Below, one piece after another: positions 1 to 8,842 of a stretch of DNA of 64,000 nucleotides. Source of the stretch: Clostridia bacterium (GTDB lineage Bacteria; Bacillota; Clostridia; Oscillospirales; Acutalibacteraceae); assembly GCA_017543285.1 (NCBI GenBank), contig JAFYGK010000012.1, positions 1 through 64,000 of the forward strand. The letters run 5' to 3'. Positions within the stretch are counted from its first letter, which is position 1; each line of letters begins with the position of its first letter. The notes beneath the pieces were generated by a model, which saw only the letters and a program-made list of their open reading frames with translations, was not told where the DNA came from and did no database searches. A program made the position numbers and the translations under genes.

Positions 1-325
1 CCGGAAAATCGTCAGATTTTTTGGGAAGAGGAGCAGCGGCAAAATGAATGAGCCTTTGCGCCGTGCGCGAAAGCGAACGATATGGAGCTTGCTGTGACGA
101 AGCGCAGCGGTCGAAATTTTTAGCACCGACAGGTGCGTTAATAAAATTTCGGGCATTTTTTGCGAGCGCGTCCTGCGGACGATGAAGCGAGAAAAAAACG
201 GCGCAGCGGTCGACGATTGGCAAGGCCCGGTTATACCGCTGAGAGACAAGAGCAATGCCGCAGTTTGCGGTGAGAGCGGACAACAACCATAATAAATAAG
301 CGCAAACGCGCAAGGAGGTAAAACC

Positions 326-781
326 ATGCTGAGCACAGGAACAAAAGCCCCCGATTTTACATTGCCAGACCAGAACGGCAAAGAACATTCTCTTTCCGAC
401 TATCGCGGACAAAAGGTGATTTTGTATTTTTACCCCAAGGACAATACAGCCGGCTGCACAAAGCAGGCCCTCGCCTTCGGAGAACTTTATCCCCGGTTCC
501 GCGAAAAAGGCGCCGTTGTTCTGGGCGTAAGCAAGGATCCGGTCGCTTCACACAAGCGGTTTGAGGAAAAATACGACCTGCCCTTTACACTTCTTTCCGA
601 CGTTGAAAAGACGGTCATTATGGCCTACGACGTGTGGAAGGAAAAAAAGAACTACGGCAAGGTATCAATGGGCGTTGTGCGCACCACCTACCTGATAGAC
701 GAGGACGGAATGATAATAAAGGCGTTCGACAAGGTCAGGGCGGCGGACAATCCGGCGCAGATGCTGGGAGAACTGGGATGA
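326..781 (+). CDS. bcp: Thioredoxin-dependent peroxiredoxin, Bcp type
   Basis: 151 aa ORF with the peroxiredoxin CxxxxC/T motif region (KDNTAGCTKQA) and full-length Bcp-like architecture; RBS aaggagg 7 nt upstream of the ATG. Confidence 0.88.
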   Translation: MLSTGTKAPDFTLPDQNGKEHSLSDYRGQKVILYFYPKDNTAGCTKQALAFGELYPRFREKGAVVLGVSKDPVASHKRFEEKYDLPFTLLSDVEKTVIMAYDVWKEKKNYGKVSMGVVRTTYLIDEDGMIIKAFDKVRAADNPAQMLGELG

Positions 782-826
782 TTATTTTCGGGCATCTCAT
801 AACCGTAAGAAAAAGGCGGTGAATTT

Positions 827-2080
827 TTGAAAAAAACAAGATTATTATCGTTGCTGCTGGTTATTGCGCTTTGCTTTGGCGGGTGCTCATCGGCAGTCAG
901 GGACAACCGGTCGGGATCGGCCGGGCATTCGTCTGAGGCCGTTTCATACGCTCCTGCCGCTGACACTCAGCAAAACTCATTGCCCGAGCCGCCGAGCCAG
1001 CCGCAGCTGTCGCCCGAGGAACAGGAAAAACAAAGAATCGATAAAGCGGTCAGAGAGCTTATGTCTTCAATGACGCTTAGGGAAAAGGTCTGTCAGATGT
1101 TTATAGTTGAGCCGGAGCAGCTTGCAGATTCCGGACTCGTGACCGAGGCAGGAGAAAAAATGAAAGAGGCGCTGAGAGAAAATCCGGTAGGCGGAGTGAT
1201 ACTGTTCGCCTCGAACATCAAAAACCCGGAGCAGGTCACAAAGCTGGCGGAGGATCTCCAAGCCTTCTCAAAAACAAAACTGTTCATATCGACCGACGAG
1301 GAAGGCGGAATCGTCGCGCGGGTGGGAAACAACCGCAAAATGGGCACGACAAAGTTTAAGCCCATGGGTAAAACCAAAAGCGCGGACGAGGCCTACAACG
1401 TAGGCTTTACCATAGGCAGCGAGCTTTCGGAGTTCGGCTTCAATCTGGATTTCGCGCCTGTTGCCGACGTAAACTCCAACCCCAAAAACCCCGTAATCGG
1501 CACAAGAGCGTTCAGCCGGGACGCCGAAACCGCCGCTGAATATGTCGCCGCATGCGTAAACGGCTTTTGCGACAGCGGAATGCTATGTACACTGAAGCAT
1601 TTTCCCGGCCACGGCGACACATCAACCGACAGCCATTACGGCGCGGCGAAGACCAAAAAAACCCTCGAGCAGTTAGAGCAGTGCGAGCTATTGCCGTTTG
1701 AAGCGGGAATAGAGGCAGGCGCGGATTTTGTCATGGCGGGGCATATCACGGCCCCGGAGCTGACCGATGAAAAGGTACCCGCGACCCTTTCGCACGATAT
1801 AATAACAGGCATACTGCGCGATAAGATGGGCTTTGACGGTATAGTAATTACCGATTCCATGCAGATGCAGGCCATAACCGATTATTTTTCACCAGGCGAA
1901 GCAGCGGAAGCCGCCGTCAATGCCGGAGCGGATATAATCCTCATGCCGGAGGATCTTGACAAGGCGGTCAACGGTCTGGTTGAAGCGGTGGAAAAGGGCG
2001 ACATCGACGAACAGCGCATAAATGAAAGCGTCGGAAGGATCCTGCGGGTCAAGCTGAAGCAGGGGATCATAGAGCCGTAA
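827..2080 (+). CDS. Glycoside hydrolase family 3 beta-N-acetylhexosaminidase (NagZ-like), lipoprotein with S/P-rich linker
   Basis: Lipobox signal peptide (LLSLLLVIALCFGGCSS), a low-complexity S/P/Q linker, then a GH3 catalytic domain including the KHFPGHGDTSTDSH motif. TTG start with RBS aaggcgg upstream. Confidence 0.8.
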   Translation: MKKTRLLSLLLVIALCFGGCSSAVRDNRSGSAGHSSEAVSYAPAADTQQNSLPEPPSQPQLSPEEQEKQRIDKAVRELMSSMTLREKVCQMFIVEPEQLADSGLVTEAGEKMKEALRENPVGGVILFASNIKNPEQVTKLAEDLQAFSKTKLFISTDEEGGIVARVGNNRKMGTTKFKPMGKTKSADEAYNVGFTIGSELSEFGFNLDFAPVADVNSNPKNPVIGTRAFSRDAETAAEYVAACVNGFCDSGMLCTLKHFPGHGDTSTDSHYGAAKTKKTLEQLEQCELLPFEAGIEAGADFVMAGHITAPELTDEKVPATLSHDIITGILRDKMGFDGIVITDSMQMQAITDYFSPGEAAEAAVNAGADIILMPEDLDKAVNGLVEAVEKGDIDEQRINESVGRILRVKLKQGIIEP

Positions 2081-2092
2081 GAAGGGAGCAGC

Positions 2093-2374
2093 ATGAAATA
2101 TACCTTTGACGCCGTCATACAAAAGGCGCCCGATCAGGACGCGGCATATGTGGTTTTTCCGCACGATATACGCCGCGAATTCGGCAGAGGCAGAATCAAG
2201 GTGCGCGCCGCCTTTGACGGCGAGCCATATTCCGGCAGCATAGTCAACATGGGACTTAAAAACGACGACGGCTCGATCTGCTATATTATCGGCGTGCGCC
2301 GGGACATCCGAAAGAAAATCGCAAAGCAGCCGGGCGACACGGTGCATGTGACAGTAGAAACCGCCGACGCTTAG
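2093..2374 (+). CDS. DUF1905 domain protein
   Basis: 93 aa ORF with the DUF1905-like pattern (VVFPHDIRREFG...GRIKVRAAFDGEPYSGSIV...GDTVHVTVE). Confidence 0.55.
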   Translation: MKYTFDAVIQKAPDQDAAYVVFPHDIRREFGRGRIKVRAAFDGEPYSGSIVNMGLKNDDGSICYIIGVRRDIRKKIAKQPGDTVHVTVETADA

Positions 2375-2442
2375 CGGAGACAATCGCAAGACGCGCGGGA
2401 ATTGCCGCGCGCTTCATATTTCACGCATGAAAGGAGCCTCAT

Positions 2443-2760
2443 ATGCCCTCGACAAAAGCATATCTCGAATATGTCCTCGATCAGCTGTCCGGTTCGGACG
2501 GTGTGACATACAGACCTATGATGGGCGAATACATCATCTATTACCGCGGCAAGGTGATCGGCGGCGTTTATGACGACCGTTTTCTTGTAAAGCCGACAAA
2601 ATCCGCGGAGGAAATGATGCCGTCGGCTCATTATGAATTGCCATACGACGGTGCAAAGCCGATGCTGCTCGTTGAAGAGGTGGACGACAGACAGCTTCTA
2701 AAAGAGCTTATCGAAAAAGTATATGACGGGCTGCCCGAGCCGAGAAAGAAAAAGAAATAA
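2443..2760 (+). CDS. TfoX N-terminal domain family protein
   Basis: 105 aa. Resembles the TfoX/Sxy N-domain (AYLEYVLDQL...GEYIIYYRGKVIGGVYDDRFLVKPT). Confidence 0.55.
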   Translation: MPSTKAYLEYVLDQLSGSDGVTYRPMMGEYIIYYRGKVIGGVYDDRFLVKPTKSAEEMMPSAHYELPYDGAKPMLLVEEVDDRQLLKELIEKVYDGLPEPRKKKK

Positions 2761-2801
2761 CGATAAATGATTAATAAATACTGAATATCAATAAATAATA
2801 G

Positions 2802-2830
2802 TTGACAAACAGCAGATAGGGGTTTATAAT
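2802..2830 (+). promoter_or_regulatory. Sigma-A type promoter (TTGACA-N17-TATAAT) for the lipoprotein gene
   Basis: Perfect TTGACA at 2802-2807, a 17 nt spacer, and TATAAT at 2825-2830. Confidence 0.55.
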
Positions 2831-2901
2831 AATCACAACAGTAAAGGGCTTTGCACCTTCTATTGCGGTATATCTCATGTAATATTCAAGGAGAGATGAA
2901 A

Positions 2902-3348
2902 ATGAAAAAGCTCATATCCGTTCTGCTGCCGGTTTTTTTGATTATGTGCCTTATATCAGGCTGCGGCTATAATTACCGCGAGAGCTTCAAGCGCTTTGAC
3001 GTTGCGGTGACCCTTGATACGCCCGATGACATCTACGCCGTGACCTGCGATTATTCCCTTGACGGCAAATCGTTGGGCTTACAGGGCGCGTCAAATGCCG
3101 ACGAAACGAAGATTACCGACGGGGTTTATTTCGAATTTGACGAAAAAAATTTTGAAGATAACCCAGAGCTTGGCGAGCTTTCGCTGTCATTCGGCCTGTA
3201 CGACCGCCTGCGCCAGAGTCTGGACGAGGAGGAGCGCGTAATACCGGTCGACGGAGAAATAAAGATCGAAGCGCAGTACGGCAGGGAATATCGCGTCACG
3301 ATAAGCGGCGACAAGCAAAGCGGCTTTCGGGCGGTTCTCGCCGGATAG
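2902..3348 (+). CDS. Hypothetical lipoprotein
   Basis: Start chosen at the ATG 7 nt downstream of RBS aaggagag. Signal peptide with lipobox (LIMCLISGCGY). No recognisable domain. Confidence 0.5.
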   Translation: MKKLISVLLPVFLIMCLISGCGYNYRESFKRFDVAVTLDTPDDIYAVTCDYSLDGKSLGLQGASNADETKITDGVYFEFDEKNFEDNPELGELSLSFGLYDRLRQSLDEEERVIPVDGEIKIEAQYGREYRVTISGDKQSGFRAVLAG

Positions 3349-3727
3349 CGGCCCGAAAATCCCGGTCACCGTTTAAGGATTCTTTGCGCAAACGATCCTT
3401 GAGCGCGCTTTTCACCCGGCGGGATCTTTCCCGGAGCCGTCACATCGGGGCTTGCCGTATTTGTCTGCAGTGGTATCACGGCGGCACACAGCGCTGAAAA
3501 ACCCTTCATGTCTGCCGCGACGCTTATTCATATCAGCGCGCCGCACCACGACTATATCTCATCCGCTTTATATACGGCCGGCCTGAACCCTCATTGAAGC
3601 CGGCGCCTGTCTTCGCCGCGATCTTTCCGGGGATATTTCATCGTCCGGATATGTGTATATCCCGCATCAGACCGGGCGTAAAGAAGCTCAACGGCAAAAT
3701 GCAGGCGAGCTGACTCAAAAAGGTATT

Positions 3728-3764
3728 ATCCCCGCGCTACGCAAAACCGGCGCGGGGATTTTTG
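3728..3764 (+). terminator. Rho-independent terminator-like hairpin (atccccgcgc...gcgcggggat + TTTT)
   Basis: A 10 bp GC-rich stem followed by a T-run. It has no upstream ORF on the + strand and lies in a 560 bp ORF-free region. Confidence 0.4.
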
Positions 3765-3808
3765 CCGATATACCGGCTGATCAAGCGGAAGAATAAAGGC
3801 GCCTATCA

Positions 3809-3839
3809 AAAAAACAGCAGACGAAAGTCTGCTGTTTTT
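3809..3839. terminator. Bidirectional Rho-independent terminator (A-run / stem gtctgctgtt / T-run)
   Basis: aaaaacagcagac-gaaa-gtctgctgttttt. It sits immediately downstream of the minus-strand PASTA gene stop at 3909. Confidence 0.55.
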
Positions 3840-3908
3840 AAATACAAGCATAAACCGCTCAGGCGGTTTTAATATGTGCATGCCGCAAAAGGAGCTTTCC
3901 CCGGCCTT

Positions 3909-5693
3909 CTATTCTTCGGCAGTCGGGCTTGTTTCCGGCGGAGTTTCAGAGGAAGGTTCGGGCTGCTGCGATGACGGAGGCTGCTGCGACGATGACGACG
4001 GCTGCTGAGAGGAGGAAACCGGCTTTTCATATGTGCTGACTGTCAGCGTAACATGTGTGCCGTATTCATATTCTCTGCCAGCGGTCAGATCCGAACCAAT
4101 GACCTCGCCGTAATTGCCCTGCGCGGCGTCTTCCTCGATAACAACGACAAAGCCGAGCTGCGACAGGGTCGCTGCCGCCTGATAGGCCTTTTTGCCGACC
4201 ACCTTGGGCATCTCTCTCATCCTGGGTCCGAGCGAGACCTTGATATGCACCGTTTCGCCCTCCTCGATGAGAGTGCCCGGCGAGGGAGTCGTCTCAACGA
4301 CCCTGCCCTCGTCAAAGGTATCGCTGAAAACATATCCGTCAAATACAAACCGCATGTATGCCCATTGCATATTGTCGGTCAGGTCGCTGTAATTGACGCC
4401 CATAATATCATACGGAACGGCAAAATTGAATTCGGGGGCGCTTTCGGATGAGGACTCCGGCTCGCTTGACAATTCCGACGACATTTCAATGGAGACCGGC
4501 TCGACCGACGACGGATTTTCTCTTGAGCGCCCGCCGAGGACGACTGCAAGCACAGCTATTGCGATGAGCAGCAGCAGACCGAGAACCCCGCAGGCTATAT
4601 ACAGACCGATATTGCTTTTTCTTCCGACCGGCGATTCATCGTAGTAGTCCTGTTCCTCCTCGACCATTCTTCTGCGCGCCGATTCTCTGTCCAATTGGGC
4701 CTGTTCCTTTTCATATTCCTTGACGACGCCGTTCACCGCCGTAGAGGAAGTAAGCTCCTGCTTGAACACATCCACCGAGTTTGTTCTCATTTCGGGGTGT
4801 ACCTTTAAAGCTTTGTTGAGCGCCGAGAGAACGTTCGGAGGAAGCTGGGAGCTGACCTCAAGCGGGAAATTTAAGGTCTCGTTGTTCATGCGCTGCAAAA
4901 CGTCCGGCAGGACGGTTCCCGTCAGCGCGGTATATATAGTCGAAGCAAGGCCGTATACGTCGGTATGATGTCCGAGCCTTCCGTCCGAGCGGTATTGTTC
5001 AAGCGCGGAATAACCGTCGAATATCTGCGGATTGAGGTATGTTCCCGAGCTGTTGGCGGCCTCAATGGAAAAGTTGGTCAGGCGGAGCTTGCCAGAAGCG
5101 TCGAGTATGAGATTGTCGGGATTTACCGCATAGTGGTTTATCCCGGCGGCGTGAAGCGCGGCGAGTCCGTTGATCACCGGTACGAACAGAGTGCGCACCT
5201 GCTTCCATTCGAGCGGTCTGGAATGGCGCTCGAGAGCCTCGGAGAGGGTGCAGCCGTCGACAAGCTCGCCGACACAGTAGACGGTGCCGTTTGTCTCAAA
5301 TATATCGTAAATGGGAACAAGCATGGGAATATCGCGCAGCTTTGCGAGCATTCTTGCCATGCCGATAAAATCCTTGTAGTATTCGTAAAAGGCTGTTTCG
5401 CATCCGTTGATTATTCTCAGGCTGTTGTCGCCGGTATTTCTTGCGGAAATATTTACGGGGAAAAACTCTCTGATCTGCACGGGAGCGTTCATCTTGTTGT
5501 CCCAGCCGGAATAAGAGGCGCCGTCGCCGTTCGCGAGCAGCAGGCAGCCGACGGTATATCTTTCCTGGATACCGGTGCCTACAGGCAAAAAAGGCTCGGG
5601 ATTCTGCTGCGGGGTATATCCGCAGTGGGGGCACTGGGAAAAGCCTTCGTCAGGCTTCATGCATCTCGCGCATAAATTGTTAGGTATAGACAT
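3909..5693 (-). CDS. Ser/Thr kinase-like pseudokinase with N-terminal zinc ribbon, one TM helix and two extracellular PASTA domains
   Basis: N-terminal CxxC...CxxC. The kinase fold is recognisable but the catalytic residues are replaced (VAIK becomes VQIR, HRDLKPxN becomes HYAVNPDN, DFG becomes NFS). A TM helix (LYIACGVLGLLLLIAIAVLAVVL) follows, then two PASTA-like repeats and a Q/P/S-rich tail. Confidence 0.65.
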   Translation of the reverse strand: MSIPNNLCARCMKPDEGFSQCPHCGYTPQQNPEPFLPVGTGIQERYTVGCLLLANGDGASYSGWDNKMNAPVQIREFFPVNISARNTGDNSLRIINGCETAFYEYYKDFIGMARMLAKLRDIPMLVPIYDIFETNGTVYCVGELVDGCTLSEALERHSRPLEWKQVRTLFVPVINGLAALHAAGINHYAVNPDNLILDASGKLRLTNFSIEAANSSGTYLNPQIFDGYSALEQYRSDGRLGHHTDVYGLASTIYTALTGTVLPDVLQRMNNETLNFPLEVSSQLPPNVLSALNKALKVHPEMRTNSVDVFKQELTSSTAVNGVVKEYEKEQAQLDRESARRRMVEEEQDYYDESPVGRKSNIGLYIACGVLGLLLLIAIAVLAVVLGGRSRENPSSVEPVSIEMSSELSSEPESSSESAPEFNFAVPYDIMGVNYSDLTDNMQWAYMRFVFDGYVFSDTFDEGRVVETTPSPGTLIEEGETVHIKVSLGPRMREMPKVVGKKAYQAAATLSQLGFVVVIEEDAAQGNYGEVIGSDLTAGREYEYGTHVTLTVSTYEKPVSSSQQPSSSSQQPPSSQQPEPSSETPPETSPTAEE

Positions 5694-5964
5694 TTATATC
5701 TGCCTCCGTTTAGCTTTCGGATCGGATTTATACTTATCTGCCGCAGAGAAAAAAGCGGGCGGCAAATCTGCATTTTTACATAAATACCCACGATATAATA
5801 ATCCTTTATATATTTTAACAGACTTTCAGTCAAAAAGCAATACATATTTACCGACGGGTAAATCAATGCGGTATACGTCCGATTGACAACCGGCATTTTG
5901 CGTGATAAAATCAAATCGGGTCGTTTTTCGACCCGGACATTTTTACCGAAAGGAAGCTCGCCGC

Positions 5965-6609
5965 GTGAAAAAACTGCTTTGTGTTCTGCTTGCCGCCGCC
6001 GTTGCGCTGTCGCTTCTTTGCTGCGGCAGATACGATAATTCATCCGACCAGAATATTTATGTGCCCGACCAGGGAACTTCAAACGAATTAAAGCTCATCG
6101 AGGATTCATCCGCGCCCGACCGGTCGGAAAAACCGTCCTCCCCGAGCGGCAGGGCGGAAAAAGGCAGCAGCCAAAGCCCGCAGAAAAGTGAAGGCGGCAG
6201 CCCGGATTCCGAACCGCAGAGCAGCAATGCCTCGTCCGAACCGCAGGGCGGCAGGAAGACGCTCGATAAAAACGGAACATATACAAGCCGCGACGATGTA
6301 GCGCTGTATATCCGCCTTTACAACACTCTTCCCGAAAACTTTATCACCAAAAGGGAGGCCGAAGCGCTCGGCTGGACCGGCGGCAGTCTCGAGCCTTATG
6401 CCCCGGGAAAATGTATAGGAGGCGGACGCTTCGGCAACTATGAGGGAGCGCTGCCCGATAAAAAAGGGCGCAAATACTGGGAGTGCGACATTGACACGCT
6501 GGGCAGGAAAAGCCGCGGAGCAAAGCGCATAGTTTATTCCAATGACGGGCTTATCTATTATACCGGAGACCATTACAAAACCTTTACGCTGCTGTACGGG
6601 GAGGAATAG
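5965..6609 (+). CDS. Secreted barnase-family guanyl-specific ribonuclease, lipoprotein with S/P-rich linker
   Basis: The C-terminal ~110 aa align with barnase (LPENFITKREAEALGW; APGKCIGGGRFGNYEGALP; RIVYSNDGLIYYTGDHYKTF). The catalytic Glu, Arg and His are conserved. GTG start 8 nt after RBS aaaggaag, followed by a lipobox (ALSLLCCG). Confidence 0.75.
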   Translation: MKKLLCVLLAAAVALSLLCCGRYDNSSDQNIYVPDQGTSNELKLIEDSSAPDRSEKPSSPSGRAEKGSSQSPQKSEGGSPDSEPQSSNASSEPQGGRKTLDKNGTYTSRDDVALYIRLYNTLPENFITKREAEALGWTGGSLEPYAPGKCIGGGRFGNYEGALPDKKGRKYWECDIDTLGRKSRGAKRIVYSNDGLIYYTGDHYKTFTLLYGEE

Positions 6610-6612
6610 AAA

Positions 6613-6891
6613 ATGAAAAAGGTTGTGCTCGACGGAGCCGTTCTGACAAATATGGAGGATGTTCATGAGTTTCTCGCACGCGAATTGTTTTTTCCCGAGT
6701 GGTACGGCAAAAATCTCGACGCCCTTCATGACTGCCTGACCGACATACATGAGGACGTCAGGATTGTTTTCATAAAGAAAAAGCAAATGAAGCAGAGGCT
6801 GGGCGGATATTATCCCAGGCTGGTCAGGGTTTTCAGGGACAGCAGCGAGGAAAACCCGCATATAAAATTCAGCCGCAGAAACGAAATGTGA
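6613..6891 (+). CDS. Barstar-family ribonuclease inhibitor
   Basis: 92 aa ORF 3 nt downstream of the RNase gene. It matches barstar over the binding helix (FPEWYGKNLDALHDCLTD), including the equivalents of Asp35 and Asp39. Confidence 0.8.
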   Translation: MKKVVLDGAVLTNMEDVHEFLARELFFPEWYGKNLDALHDCLTDIHEDVRIVFIKKKQMKQRLGGYYPRLVRVFRDSSEENPHIKFSRRNEM

Positions 6892-7505
6892 GAAGCGCCA
6901 TGGATACAGAAGTAAAAAGCAGCGAAAAAAAGCCGCTTAAAATTGCGGCTGTCGTTATAATGCTTGCCCTTGCCCTTGCCCTCGCGCTTTTTATCAGCAC
7001 GCCCGAGATGAGGCTCAAGCTCTACCGCGGGACGAGGATAACCGGCGTATCGGATATAAGGATAAACGGAGTGAAGTATTCTCCGGTTGAAAAGTATTCG
7101 GCTTTCGGCAACGGGCAGACCGAGGAAGAGAAACAGCCGCTCGTCCTAAAAAAGAACGTGTTCAGGCTGGAAGGCGGCAGACAGGGCGAATATGCCATTG
7201 AGTATTTCTTTGACAATGCGGAGATAGCCCGGCTGACGGGCGACGACAGCTTTAATGATTTTCCGCAGTATACTCCGGTGCGGTTTGTTTATTACAGCGA
7301 CAACTGGTGGAATGTCGTCAAGCTGTCTCTGGACGCCGATCTGAACGGCGAAGACGGAAACTGGTGGATCACGCTGAAAGCCAAATGCCGGAGCCAGGAG
7401 AGCGACGGAGCCAGGAGCTTTTCAAAGCAGGCAAACTATATTTCCGCGGCGGAAAACGGCGAGGGGATAACCCTTTTGTGCGGCGGGCAGCAAACGGAAC
7501 AATAA
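6888..7505 (+). CDS. Hypothetical membrane-anchored protein, translationally coupled to barstar
   Basis: The start overlaps the barstar stop. There is an N-terminal TM helix (IAAVVIMLALALALALFI). No known domain. An alternative start is the ATG at 6900. Confidence 0.45.
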   Translation: MRSAMDTEVKSSEKKPLKIAAVVIMLALALALALFISTPEMRLKLYRGTRITGVSDIRINGVKYSPVEKYSAFGNGQTEEEKQPLVLKKNVFRLEGGRQGEYAIEYFFDNAEIARLTGDDSFNDFPQYTPVRFVYYSDNWWNVVKLSLDADLNGEDGNWWITLKAKCRSQESDGARSFSKQANYISAAENGEGITLLCGGQQTEQ

Positions 7506-7540
7506 CCGATTTATCCAAGCAAAGGCAAAAAACCATACAA

Positions 7541-7574
7541 AAAGGCGACTGAAGCATTTTCAGCCGCCTTTAAA
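7541..7574 (+). terminator. Rho-independent terminator after the barnase-barstar operon
   Basis: A ggcgactgaa/ttcagccgcc stem with one mismatch, followed by TTTAAATT. Confidence 0.4.
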
Positions 7575-7742
7575 TTATATTGCAGGACTTCCTGCGCAAA
7601 ACCGCTGTCAGAGAAGCCGACCGGAGGAATAATAATCCTGCTGCTGCAATTCGAAGCCCGTGAGCTTTATAGGGCTTTCGATCCTCTTTGCGTTTTCGGC
7701 CGGGCGTTCCCGTTTGCAGGGGTTTTGAACGCCGGCATGGTT

Positions 7743-8261
7743 TTATGCCCAGGGATCGAGTTCTGCGGGCAGGCGAATATCGGGCAGCAGGAAGTTTTCC
7801 CACAAGAACCATTGGTTTCCCTTTCGGCGCAGCTTGACCTGGCGCTCGGTATCGGCTCCCGACGAGCGGATATACAGTGTCGCATAGCCCTCGTTCTGAT
7901 AGGAGTAGGGATTGTCGAATACCGTCACGGTATAAGGCAGCGAAGGCTCATAATTATTCTGCGGACCGGTTCCGGCGAAATAGGAGCGGGCCACATACAT
8001 TTTTCCTCTCAGCCTGTCCCTGATGAACTGCTGCTCAAACGGGGACAACGGCTGCGGACCCTTGAGGAAGTTGAGCATATTGAATGTTTCCTGCGGATCG
8101 TTTTCGTAATTGCAAAGCACCGCGACGGTCAGAGCCGCCGTCATAAAGGGGGTTGAAAGCGAGGCCTCGGGTACGGATCTCAGCTCGTCAACGGTTTTGG
8201 GCAGTGAGGAAAAAGAAAAAGTATATGTGTTTGGCATTTTTTCTCCTTTGCAGGCAGACAT
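7743..8261 (-). CDS. Hypothetical cytoplasmic protein, last gene of the zinc-ribbon operon
   Basis: 172 aa ORF whose start overlaps the stop of the upstream gene by 1 nt. No recognisable domain. Confidence 0.4.
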   Translation of the reverse strand: MSACKGEKMPNTYTFSFSSLPKTVDELRSVPEASLSTPFMTAALTVAVLCNYENDPQETFNMLNFLKGPQPLSPFEQQFIRDRLRGKMYVARSYFAGTGPQNNYEPSLPYTVTVFDNPYSYQNEGYATLYIRSSGADTERQVKLRRKGNQWFLWENFLLPDIRLPAELDPWA

Positions 8262-8827
8262 TACCGTCCGGGGCCGTTTGGTCTCGGCGGCTGCATGTTT
8301 TGGGGAAGCATCATCCTGTCGACGCTTTTGTTCATGAATGCGTCTGCCTTTTCAATAAGGTTCAGACTTCCGTGTACGGAATATTTTTCCGCGGTGGTCT
8401 GCGCGTGTACGGTTTTCATTTTGGACGACATGACCGACGTCGCAATCAGAGCGACAAGAAGCCCTATGCCGAGAGAAATCACGATGGCGAGAGCAAAATT
8501 GAAGGGGCGTTTTTCCGTTTTTGCATTCAGATCGTAAATCTGACCGTAATCAAAGATTTCGGCATTGATGTCGTCGGTTTCGCCGGCATCGTTTTCGTCA
8601 AAATAAAGCTCATAAATCTGGTTGTAGTCATATCCGTCCGCGTTGTAGTCCTCGCCGATGATCTGATCAAGCTGATCTTCGCTTATCGAGCCGTCCTCTC
8701 CGATTTGGGAGAGCATTTCCATAAGCTGCTCATAGCTGATCTCTTTGTTTCCCTCCTGAGCCGACACGGCAAAAGCGAGCGACAGGCACAGGCAGAGCGC
8801 CAGAAGGACGCAAATCAGTTTTTTCAT
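8261..8827 (-). CDS. Secreted acidic (D/E/Y-rich) protein with C-terminal TM anchor
   Basis: Signal peptide (LLALCLCLSLAFAVSA), an acidic low-complexity ectodomain, a TM helix (FALAIVISLGIGLLVALIA), and a short cytoplasmic tail. Confidence 0.45.
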   Translation of the reverse strand: MKKLICVLLALCLCLSLAFAVSAQEGNKEISYEQLMEMLSQIGEDGSISEDQLDQIIGEDYNADGYDYNQIYELYFDENDAGETDDINAEIFDYGQIYDLNAKTEKRPFNFALAIVISLGIGLLVALIATSVMSSKMKTVHAQTTAEKYSVHGSLNLIEKADAFMNKSVDRMMLPQNMQPPRPNGPGR

Positions 8828-8842
8828 ATTGCCCGCACCTCC

